DNA of 64,000 nt from Octopus vulgaris (lineage: Eukaryota): positions 117,180,001 through 117,244,000 of the forward strand of contig OX597817.1 of assembly GCA_951406725.2 (NCBI GenBank), read 5' to 3'. Below, one piece after another: positions 52,602-64,000 of this stretch (positions are counted from its first letter, which is position 1; each line of letters starts with the position of its first letter). Made by a program: the position numbers and the translations under genes. Below the pieces are notes generated by a model, which was given only the letters and a program-made list of their open reading frames with translations, ran no database searches and was not told where the DNA came from.

Positions 52602-52643
<42 letters not shown>

Positions 52644-54095
52644 AAACAACATTTGGAGTTAGCGATCTGTTATGACGTCTGGCTGGACAAAGGCAGTTAG
52701 ACAGGCGAGCTAGAGAAGAAGGGGAGTTAATAAAATATTGGTGATCCCAAAACGAATGTACTCGCGTGTGTATGTATGTGAGAGTGTGTAAGTGTGTGCG
52801 TGTGGTTAGGGGCTAGTGACTTTGGAATGTGAATGTGTGTGAGTGCATTTGTAATGTGTGGGTGTGTGGGTGATAGTATGGTATGGTTGTGTGTCATGTG
52901 GGTTTGGTCTGGATGGCCCCTGTGCAAAGACAATCCGAACATAGACACGTGTTCTAATGAATGACCAGTAGAGCGGAAATGGTGCAAGACTGGGTTGTCA
53001 TTGCCGAGGCATCCCGTTTGACCGATGTACAGGGAGGGACAGAAAGAGAAGGAGATGCAGTAAATGGCATTGCTAGAAGTGCAGGTAAATGAGTCAGTGA
53101 TATAATAGGGACAATGATGAGTGCTTGTGAAGATGATGGTGTTGCAGAGGTAGAAGCAAGTGCGGCAGCGTATGCGGGAACAGGGGAACGAGCCAGATTG
53201 GGAGGCAAGGTTACGGAAGAAACTGTGGACTCATTTGAAGGAGGGAAGTGGGAGGTTGGAGAAGATGTGCGAAGTTGAAGGCTCGGACTGAAGTCGCCGG
53301 TACGCTAGGAGAATTGGTGCGTTGGAGAGGCAGTAGGTGAAGGGAAACGGGAGACGGGTTAAGGCGGGGTGGGTGCGGGGAGAGAGAGCAGGGGCACGGC
53401 CGACTGAACGTTCGCTGGCAAGGACAATGTGGATAGTGGTGAGGGAATATCCACGAAGGAAGAAGTGGTGAGCCATGAATTGAGAATGTGTCTTGAAGTC
53501 ATGGATGTCACTGCAGAGCCGGCTCAGACGGAGGAATTTTGAGTAGGAGCTTGATGTATGTAGAGTGGGAGGAGAAGTTGAGTTATGAATGTGAGTCGGT
53601 TTGTTTGTAGTGGATAGAGATAGTGAGAGCCCGCAAAAGAATCGACTGCTTGCAACTGGCCAGGTGCTGGCGTCCAGTGGGATGGTCGGCAGTCCAGGTC
53701 GGTGAAGCAGTCCCCTTCGTAAGATGCAGGTAGTGTGTTGTGGAATAGTTCATATAGCCTGACACGGCGCACAAAGCTATGAATATTAGCACGGGTCTGA
53801 AATTCGTTACTCGACGGAGTGAGTGGCGTGAAGCGCAGACCCCTACTGAGAAGAGAGCGTCCCGCCTCAGAGAGAAGTTCAGGAGGAATGGTAGCAACAG
53901 ACAGAAGTGGGAGGGGCAGATGGGTATATTTCGGAGGGTTGGTGGGGATAGCGCTAGGGGTAGTTGAAGGCTGGGAGGAGAGAGATTAGGGGTAAGTGTG
54001 TGGGATTGATGGTGTTGGGGTGAGAATGAGGGGGCAGTGTATCGGGGAGGGGGGAGGGGTAGTGGCATTGGGTGTGACGGAATGAAGGGATACAT
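52500..54095 (-). mobile_element. Internally deleted Neptune-type PLE (N-terminus, thumb, GIY-YIG remnants and 3' terminal repeat; RT core missing)
   Basis: Minus peptides LLSRGLRFTP...FVRRVRLYELF, then FMAHHFFLRGY, PCSRIRCRTC, FTCTSSNAIYCI...LYIGQTG, VLHHFRSTGHS. Hammerhead-like motif at 52552..52587. Confidence 0.8.
52552..52587 (-). ncRNA. Minimal hammerhead-like motif with U6 core variant
   Basis: Minus: cttt-CTGTTGA-a-gagt(gtat)gctc-GAAAC-GTA-aaag. Stem III can form only intermolecularly (acgt). Confidence 0.5.
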
Positions 54096-54804
54096 ATATC
54101 GTTTTCATTTAGTAATGAATGAGTAGAAATATTTCAAATGAGATCTAATACACTGAAGACTAAACATTTACTGCTAAAGAACATTTTTAAAATTCAAATC
54201 TCTTAAATGTATATTGCATTATCTATGACTCTGTCAAGTCAGCTATCTTCTAGTTTTTCATAAAATATCCTGTAACTGCAATCCTGCTTGGCTGAAGTGA
54301 GGTATTTAATAATAAAAGATCAAGTCGGTTTATTTAATCCATTTGAAAAAGTTTGTCCTGTTTCCGACATATGAAGCTATGCCTCCTGAAACATTTCTGT
54401 ACTCTGTTGCATAAACAGTTTCACCATCATTGTTTTAGCTTATTGGCTGTAGCTACTAAGAGACACTATTCGACAGTAATTATTGTGCATACTTGACAAC
54501 TGATAGTATTTTCTTCATCCCCAACAAAACACAAACTTACCATTAAAATATAAACCATTCAACAGCACACGAAAAATACATCTCCGTGTTTTTCATCGTA
54601 TAAACACTTCACCAAACCCAACCAGAAAAATCGTTTAATTCCAAAATTGAAGGTGCTGTATATTATATCCACTTTTCTCAACGAGTACGCAGTTTCTTCA
54701 AATACCTTCTTAGTTACGAAGAAATTTTACTGCAATTTTCCACCCTAGTCAGTGGTATACTTCTGCTGCATCATTTTGTCAAAGACCAGCTGGATCTTCA
54801 GGTA

Positions 54805-54882
54805 TTTTCGCTCATTAAACACTCACAACGCCCGGCCTGGGAATCGAAACCGCGATCCTACGACCGCGAGTCCGCTGCCCTT
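54805..54882 (-). mobile_element. tRNA-derived SINE head fragment
   Basis: Minus agggcagcggactcgcggtcgtaggatcgcggtttcgattcccaggccgggcg, with a B-box-like gtttcgattcc. Confidence 0.6.
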
Positions 54883-55297
54883 TGAATTTTTTGCTACCCT
54901 TATATTGATTAATTAATGATTTTTTGGCTAATTCTGAAATTAAATCAGCAGTTTGTATTTGCTGCTGATAAGTTGGCGCGGTGACAGTAGATTTTGAAAA
55001 TTTAGAGTATTTATTCTCAAGGCATCGATGCTGTTGCCTCGTGGAATATTTATTCCTCCTGGCTTCTTTCCCGATGAGACAAGCCAGTGGTAAATTGTCT
55101 TGATTAAATTAAATTTAATTTAATTAGGCTGATTTACAAAAAAGTACGTCAAAACAATGCATTGTCCAAAGATGATTAGGGTAAATGTTTTTAATTTTCC
55201 TTTGATTTCTGAATTACTACTATTTAGCGGTTTGAGTTTAGCTGCTCGTTTTAGTGAGTTGAATGGCCTATTAAGGCCATTCCTTAATATTATTGTT

Positions 55298-55362
<65 letters not shown>

Positions 55363-57968
55363 CATACATACATACATACATACATACATACATACATACA
55401 TACATACATACATACATACATCATTGTGTTGATGAGCGTAATACGTTATAATACATTCCCTCTGTCAATTTCGCCGATCGAAATACAATTATTATTGATA
55501 GAAAATGTCAATATCCCCAGTTCTGTATTTGATCCGATATTCGTGTAAATACAAGACGGTTATATTTTTCTTCATGGTAATTTGTCTGAACATCCATGGA
55601 TTTGCGAATATTGGCTTTTGTTACTTATGATAGCCATATTTCAATTGTTTCAACTGCTCCTTTCAAAATACTATGATCTGTAACTCTATCAATGGATATT
55701 TACTCTATCCAAGCAATGAGTTCTTTATGTTAAGAATTGTTGAATTCTATTGCAATACATACACACACATACACATATGCGCACATTCATCCGCATAGAT
55801 CTACAAGTACGCACACACAGATTTATATATGTATATATATACATACATATGTGCACACGCGCACACAAACACACACACATACACACATATATATATATAT
55901 ATATATTCTCTCTCAGTGTCTCCACTTTGCCAATTACAGAAGATATAAATAAAGATATGTTTTGAGATATATGTAAGAGTAATCTCTAAGATAATTTCAG
56001 TTATATCTAACATCAGTAACAAAGTTATTGGCAATGATAAGTTCTCAAAGTTCTTTGCAATTCTGAAGCTTAATAAAAATTCTTCTAAATCATGAAATTA
56101 TAGATGTAACAACATGAAAAATTTTGAAACATTTTGAAAAGACATGCTTTGTTTAGTGGAGCAATCAAGATATTTAATCTCCTTAGCTGACAGCATATGT
56201 TTTATCTTACATTGAAACATCACCTTTTTTTATACGGTATTTTTTCACTAATTTCTGTCATTCGACTATGGCCATGCTGTGTTCGCACATCAACCGAGAA
56301 AAAAATTAGAAAAATTTATCAAAAAAATTGAAAGAAATTCTATACTGTCTTAAAGAAAAAGATACGGTAAATTTCATTTAATAGCAGACCACTAAAACGC
56401 AGATCATAACAAAATATGTCTGCGTTTCTACATAAAAATAGATGTGACCTGTGCAGTGGTTTAGAGGACTCATAATCACAATAAAGGTAAAATCGATCTA
56501 ATTAGCTTGAAATCACGATTTGTCGGTTACTAATCTCGTAGTTGATTATCACATTGTTACTGACGGTTTATAACACATTGTTCTAATTCGCGGTTATAAG
56601 TTATGGCTATAATTCGTTGTTAATATTTCAGTATCTTTAGTAAATGTTTGTAATTCTAGCATGTTGTAACTACCGGCTATATTTCAGCTCGATTTGACAC
56701 CAAATTGGATCGAAAGTAAAACTAGTATTTTCTTTAATAAACACAAATTATAAACGCTGTAGTGTGCATCATTGGACAGAAATTACCAAATATATATCAA
56801 TAGGCTTGTTCTTTCTTATTTTGCCGCTATTGACAGATATATGAACAGTTGGTTGGCTAATTGAGCATAGAGCAGAACAAAATTAAAGATTTTTATTGTT
56901 TTCGATGAGAGAGGATCTTAAATTTCAATACCGTCTCGGACATATAGGCGCATTATGGCAAAGGTTATCAATGCTGCTGGGGATTTAAGGGCCTGAGAGG
57001 ACAAGACTATACTTCTAGTGGAAGTAATAGTGGAGCTAAAGCGTAGGTTGAAATGACATGCAACGTTTGGTCAATTTCTTTTTCCTCAAGTTCAAGACAA
57101 CTGGTCAATTTACAATGACCTGGGTTGCTTTTGCTGACGTGCAGGTTGGATTATATTCCTCTTCCGTGTTTGTGTTTCACTCTTATTTTGTCAGACTTGT
57201 TCCTAACGAAATAATTATTAAAAAAATAATCGGTTTTAGACCTCGATTAATTAATTCTCAGTTCATTTTCAATTAGACATGCTTTTACTGGATATTACAA
57301 ATTATGATATTTTTATTGCAAATCAGTAATTTTTAATTTTTAAACATTCTATCTCAATCCTTTAAAAATACTAATGTTTAATCCATGTGATTTCAATTTG
57401 CAGTTAACCACCTTTACCGTTTTATGATTTTATAATATTTACAACATGTAACTAGAGCTTTGAAACGTATATATTTTTTATATCTTTCTATATTCACTTT
57501 ATCATAGCTTGGACCTTTCCTGTTTTCTATGATATTTTTTATAATTTTCATCTTGCGGGATTTCTACAACATGTATAATCTATATAATTATTCTTTAAAA
57601 AGATTTAAATATGTTTGATACTGCGAAATGCTTATAACATTTTAAAACATTTTAAATATTTCTATCATTATTTAATATTTTAGATAAAATTTTGTTAAAT
57701 TTTAAATTTCAAATTTTAATTTCGTTACGATTCATTATATATTTCGGTTCTTTAGGTGAGAGATACAAATTCTGCTTAGCATGTCTTATAATCGAGTTTG
57801 GTAAATGCCCAATATCATATCATTCCTCACATTTTTCAACCATGCAAAATTAATTATTTACGTGTTCGTAATGAAGTGGTACTGAAATAACTGTAATAAA
57901 AATCATGTTATAATGAAAACTTTAGTTTTGGATGTCAAATACATACATGCATGTGTATATGTATTTAT

Positions 57969-58015
<47 letters not shown>

Positions 58016-58143
58016 TATGTGTATATATCTATATACATATATATGTATATATGTATATATGCATATATATATATATATATATATACGCACAAACATATAT
58101 ATATATGTCTATATATTTATATATACATGCATGTAGTGTATAT

Positions 58144-58179
<36 letters not shown>

Positions 58180-58339
58180 AGTGTGTTTATATCTATATAT
58201 GTATGTGTGCGTGTGTGTGTGTGTGTATGTATATATCCTTTAAGTTCGCTTACGGAAAGGAGACTTAAACAGAGTGGAGTGAGCCATACGACCAACTGAT
58301 CTATAATAAAAACGCTGGTCAAACATTTTAAAAAAATAA

Positions 58340-58533
58340 ACAACATAACATCACGTGTGTGCAATTTATGCCTAGGGGACACTCTCAAGATCACATCTAG
58401 AGAAGACGTAATTAATCGTCATTCCAAAATAATTATATCATGTAAGCATAAAAACAAGGCTAGAATATTCATGAGGACCTCATTATTTCTCCCGTTATTT
58501 TGCTCTCTTTCCCTCTGTCTGTTTGTCTGCCTA

Positions 58534-58576
<43 letters not shown>

Positions 58577-58760
58577 ATCTATCTATCTTTGCCTTGTAAC
58601 TGCTCCTGTAGACGTGTTTGTAGTTTACTGCCTAAGAGACCATTTGGTTTTCTGCATATTTGTACTACACTCTTGGCATAGATTTTGATGTGCATGGAGG
58701 ACACCGTAGACCACAAAACTTGAATCAAGTTGCATGTATGAGTTGCTGAGTACATCCAAT
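58340..58760 (+). mobile_element. Decayed PLE 3' end (endonuclease C-terminus plus degenerate hammerhead)
   Basis: CNLCLGDTLKI...INRHSKIIISCKHKNK parallels CGLC...LNTRTELFGSCPH at 34703..34860. 58629..58734 reads tgc-ctaaga...aaaac-ttga-a-tcaa-GTT-gca. Confidence 0.55.
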
Positions 58761-59671
58761 AACTTCCAATATTCTTTTAAACACTTACGAAATGAGTAAA
58801 TATAACGAAACTACTCTGAATTTTGTTTCACTCTTACGAATTTATTACATCGATGTCGTTGCCTCCTCAGTTATCTGTCAAATTCTTTTAAATCATATTC
58901 TCCTGCCATAAAAAGTTATTACATTTTTCACACACTACTTTTATTTATTGACCAATAGCACAGCAGCTGTGGCTGTGTCACATTAAGTAATATGCACACA
59001 TAATAAAGGCTGAACTGGACCTAAACAGCAATAGTTGTGGCCTTTGCGAAATTCTGAAATCATTATTAAATATGTATTCACACAGGTGTATATATATATA
59101 TATATATATATTTTAACCTCATCAAATATTTATTACGACTACCATTTCTTCTGTTCTCAAAATTCCTTTCTTTTCTCTTCATAATATTAACATTATTAAA
59201 ATATGATTTATAACATTTTTCCAAAATCAATATTTAATCTTTAATTTTTTTTTAAGCAATAATATTTTAGATTGGAAAATTGCTTCGAAATCAAGTTATT
59301 ATCAAATTATTGCAAACTGCTTTGTCAGTCGATTCTGTCTTTCTCAATGTTTTAAATTCCACCTGCGCATTTTATCGTGTGATTGATATTAATACTGATT
59401 TGTTGTTAGATTTTATGGATTTTGATTCAGTTTCTCGGAAACCTTTACACTGGCCAAAAGAAACAAAACAATATATTATTCTGTGTCACCTCCATGCGAG
59501 AAATGCGTGAAAATTTTATTTAACGAATATCATAGCATATTAAATTGCTTAGATTCTCCTCGTAAAACTACACTTGCTCTAATGCTTTTTACATTTATGT
59601 ACTATGATGCCAGGCACCTAGTCTTTCTGATGTGAAACATTGTTGCGTGAGTGCCTGGAGTGATTTAATAT

Positions 59672-60052
59672 TATTCTTTTGCGTGTCTCAGTCGTTTAAC
59701 AGTGGCCATGCTGGGGCACCGCGTGGGAGAGTTCTTAGTCGAACAAATTAAATCCAGGACTAGTACTACTCCATCGGTCTCTTTTGCCGAACCGATAATT
59801 TATGGTGACGTAAACACACCAACATCGGTTGTCAAAAGGTGATGGGGACAGACATGAAGAAGAGTGCGCGTGCATACATACACATACATATATATAGGAC
59901 CGGCTTATTTCAGTTCCCTTCTACCAAATCCACTCACAAGGCTGTAGTCGGCCCGATGCTATAGTAGAAGACACTTGCCCAAGGTGCCAAGTAGTGGGAC
60001 TAAACCCGGAACAATGGATTGAGAATTAAGCTTCATGCCATACAACCACACC
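59672..60052 (-). mobile_element. CORE-type SINE, near full length
   Basis: gtggccatgctggggcaccgc...caaatccactcacaagg...ctatagtagaagacacttgcccaaggtgcc...gtgggactaaacccggaac. Confidence 0.85.
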
Positions 60053-60061
60053 TGGTTAATA

Positions 60062-60109
<48 letters not shown>

Positions 60110-60132
60110 CATCATCATCATCATCATCAGTA

Positions 60133-60184
<52 letters not shown>

Positions 60185-60197
60185 CATTATCATCATC

Positions 60198-60253
<56 letters not shown>
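60062..60253. repeat. (TTA)n/(TCA)n compound microsatellite
   Basis: Direct inspection. Confidence 0.95.
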
Positions 60254-60254
<1 letters not shown>

Positions 60255-62674
60255 AATCTATTTTAGTAATCCTACGATCGAAACCGTTCCATCTATCAAC
60301 AATTTATATTGTTTCGGGCATCCAATTTTAAATTAACAGAGGTAGTTTCAACTTTTCTTTAATGTAATCTGTGAATTAATGTAAATCAAATTACGATTTT
60401 AGGAAGCCTAGTAACTACGAAGAGATTTTCCTGATAGCTCGTTTTTAGAGGTTATTTTGTATCATATCAGAAACAATTGTAATTTGTATCAGACTTTTGC
60501 GAAAATAATTCTAATGTATACTAAATATCTCTGAAATAAGACATACTTTTGCAAATAGTTAACGTCATCTGTGAATCTTTACCAGTTTTCTGTTCATACC
60601 ATAGTGGTAAGTGAATTTGAAACCACAGTCTTTCATTCCCTGCTCATCGATTTCATCGATTCCTAAGGCAGGTATTATTCCTGTATTGCAAAAAAAAGAC
60701 TCCCATCGTAGAGGCAATATAGTACTATATAGACGTAATAGAATATGATGATGATCGGAGATTAGAAGATAGTGTAGGTGTAAAATATTGCAGATATAAA
60801 CATTACATATAAATATTAGATGATGACCCATTTCGAAAGACATTAATAGTTCGAAATACCATACACGTGTTAATACTAGCACAGTAAAATATATTAGCTT
60901 TTGGCAATAAAATGTATGCTAATCAAATACTCTGCCGCCCAAAGACTTTCTACTTGCAAGAGAGGACAGTACCTTATCATAACAGATACTTGCATTTAGG
61001 TGAATGAATGTATTTAAATGTCCTATATTTTCCAAGAACTAAAGGCGAAAGTGGCAGAGAGATTGAAAATCTACAATTTCTTTTCAATATGAATCCCATT
61101 CATTGACATAGATGTAATTCTCACTGAGTATTATATAAAATATTTAAGTCAGTTACTTCATTCAGCAACTTTATTTAATTTCTCTAAGTGAAATGGAAAC
61201 TATGTTAAATCTTGTATTCGCATGGATTCATACCAATATAATCTGGTGTGAATGGCTTTTGTATTGACAAGGAGACATCAGATTCAAATTATATTAGTCT
61301 GACAATAATTTCTTTGTAAGCACATAGTTAAAAGTTTAAGAATAAGTTATTGCTGTTAGCTGTGTCTGGATTGGATTTCTTTTTATCTGAAAGATGAAAT
61401 AGACTTGTGCTGCTTATTACATTTTGATGAGGTCTTTAATCTATTATAGGATATTAGGATATTAAGTAGCTGTCCATTCTACTTTTATTTATATTAAACC
61501 TTTCTCAAATCCAGGCAGAGAGCTATCTGTCTCTGTTCTAGTTGTTGGAATGAAGATTGAATTACAAAAAGGTGATTCGTTTCTAATGTGACTTACGGCA
61601 ATATGTTTATTAGGTCGATACATTCAGTTAGCAACACCCTTTTATTTAGCTGAAGAGAAAGCTCTCTTTAAGAAGCACAGTTCACTATTGCGGGAAGTAA
61701 TGTAATAATTTAACAGTTAGATGATGCATATGTTTGTAGAGTTGTCCTCACATTGGCTCGTAGATATGAAGAATATATGAGGTGACTTTCGAGCATCACT
61801 ATATGAGTATGATGTCTTCAGTGATACTTCAAAATGTATGCCATAACTGCAGGTCATTAGTATACAAAGATTCTATTATACTATTCATTACTAATAACGC
61901 ACTACAATTACTCAAGTCAGTCTTCAAACATCTTGAAAGCAAAGATTTATAATCAATATACTTCATAATCAATCAGCTTCTTAATTAATTAACTTAAATA
62001 TTCCTGCTGTAGCTATAGCTCGAAATCTGTATGTATTTCCTTATGTCAAATATCAGCCATGAAATAAGAATCATACGCATATTGAAATTATTTTGCTTTG
62101 TATTAATTAGTCTGAGAAGAAAGATTATAAATTTAATCGGAACATTTATTTAGATCCCTAGCTTTAATTCATTTCAGAGGGGGAAAGAAATACTGCAGGG
62201 CATCTTAAAAAAATGTGTCGGAAGAGAAAGGTAGTTCAGCATGAAATGCTGTAGGTGAAGTTGTTGCTTTTGTTGGTTTATAAGAACAAATCAGATGAGC
62301 AGAATAATGATGTAAAAAATTTCCCATTTTTAACAACCCGTCTTCCTTTTGAGTATTGCGTATCTAGGAGTATATTATCCGATGTTCACCCCACTTTTCA
62401 AAACTTTAGTGGGATTTTGCACGTCGAACGACCTCACAGGTGAATCCTTTACTGGGATTTCAAATGAAGAGTTGATGTGTCATGATTCTTGTTTTTAGGA
62501 AGTGGATACAGAACTGGCGATTTCATGGAAATAGAAGCTAATGGTAGAAAGTTAAAGGGAGGACACGGTATGACAACAATCATATCTATATTTGAGTAAT
62601 ATTTTATCAAATGACGATGGGATGAGTTATTGACTTGAATCCATGAACGCGAAGCTAACATAATAACTTACATT

Positions 62675-62880
62675 AAGGCCACCTGCTTGGCAAAATTGCT
62701 TGCGTGACGATAAAATGCTTTGCGGTATTTGTTTCAGCTCTTTACGTTCTGAGTTCAAATCCTACCAAGGTCAGCTTCGCCTTCCATCCTTTCTGGCTCG
62801 ATAAAAGTACAGTATAAATCTAGTATAGAGTATCGACTAATTTTCCACCCACAAGACTGCTTGCCTCATGTCAAAAATAA
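62675..62880 (+). mobile_element. Meta-type SINE
   Basis: ttggcaaaattg...tacgttctgagttcaaatcc...gccttccatcctttctggctcgataaa. Confidence 0.7.
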
Positions 62881-62882
62881 AA

Positions 62883-63695
62883 ATTAGTTAGTTAGTAAGT
62901 TAATTTTTTGGCTCAAAAAGCAAAAAGCAAGGCCATGTAGGGGGACATGGAGTTATGTACAGGATAGTGTTCATGTAAAGAGATCAGACCACTTGAGGTC
63001 AAGGGAGGCTTTGAACCGAGCGGTCGTCGGTATCTTCACCATCTCGTCTTACAGCTTATTCCACGGATCCGCAACCCGGACGGAGAAAGCCCCTCTCCTT
63101 CGATTGAGATGAAATCGTCGCAGATACGGCTCTTCGGAATGACCCCGCAGCCGACGCTCTGGAGCAGGAGTGAAGAACAGCTCTTTCGAGAGGTTACACT
63201 TTCCACTTATGTTGTGAGCAAGAATGAGATCTCCACGGCATCGTCGTTTTTCTAGAGAATAAAGGTCGAGCGTCTTCAGCCTTTCTTCATAAGACAAATT
63301 CTTGAGACCAAGAACCATGCGGGTAGCCAGCTTCTGGACTCTTTCGAGATGCTGTATGTCTTTGAGGAGATAAGGAGAAGAGACTTGAATCCCGTACTCC
63401 AATAGGGGTCTCACCAGCGTGACATAGAGCGGTAGGAATATGGCTGCTGTGAGCATTCCGAATGACCGTCGAATCAAGAACAGAATTCCGCGTGCTTTGT
63501 TGGCAGCATGGACGCACTGGGCCGAAGGCGAAAAGGAGGAATCCACCAAAATACCCAGGTCCTTTACCTGATCGGTCCTCTCCAGCAGCAGAAAACCCGG
63601 CTCGAAATCAAGTTGAGTTGCAGGAGGAGAGCCAACAGGCAGATGACAGCACTTCGACACGTTCAGACACAGATCCCATTCGTTAGACTGAATTG
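62883..63695 (-). mobile_element. 5'-truncated CR1-type LINE (ORF2 C-terminus, 3' UTR, (ACTA)n tail)
   Basis: ORF 63049..63660: VKDLGILVD...LYVTLVRPLLEYG...LERVQKLATRMV.GL..LSYEERL..LDLYSLEKRR.RGDLI...RLRGH...FSVRV..PWNKL. Minus tail ...ttaacttactaactaactaa. Confidence 0.9.
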
Positions 63696-64000
63696 GCAGA
63701 ATAGTTACTCACTTGGATAAAATACTTCATAAATTTTATGTTCTACACTCAAAATCAACTGCGGTCCTGTTTATCTTTCATACATTTGGAATCGACAAAA
63801 GAAGGACCAGTTGGGCACTAGGATTAATGTACGTGACCCCACACATCCTTGCCTACCGTTACTACAACTGTTTCTGCTTTTTATACCACCAATATCTCAA
63901 GACCATCACTCCTATATTTTCTTCTTTTGGCAGTTATACTGCGACTCATTTTATCTTCTCAGCTCTTTCACTTCTCAGAACGGCAACGATTTTCCTATAG

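Noticed and set aside
60019-60331. Poly-Leu/Ser and poly-Tyr/His ORFs
   Set aside because: Trinucleotide microsatellite translations.

Overview
Animal non-coding genomic DNA, AT-rich and saturated with microsatellites. The SINE families suggest an octopus or other coleoid cephalopod (inference). No host protein-coding exon can be supported, and almost all listed ORFs are translations of (AT)n/(AC)n/(ATAC)n tracts. The real content is transposable elements. These are: a nearly intact Neptune-type Penelope-like retroelement (PLE; RT + GIY-YIG, ~660-bp inverted termini); several truncated or fold-back PLE copies; a decayed Helitron; a decayed mariner; CR1-group LINE 3' fragments; a MITE; a Helentron-type non-autonomous element; and many tRNA-derived Meta-type and CORE-type SINEs, including a twice-repeated SINE trimer. 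Two signals stand out. First, there are about a dozen type I hammerhead-ribozyme motifs, both canonical and with U3:A8, C4 or U6 core variants, most with palindromic stem III. They sit in PLE termini next to (AT)n tracts. Second, a correctly phased U-UUU-UUA slippery site links an upstream ORF to the PLE RT-endonuclease ORF, suggesting -1 programmed ribosomal frameshifting. All structures were derived by eye and need computational or biochemical confirmation.
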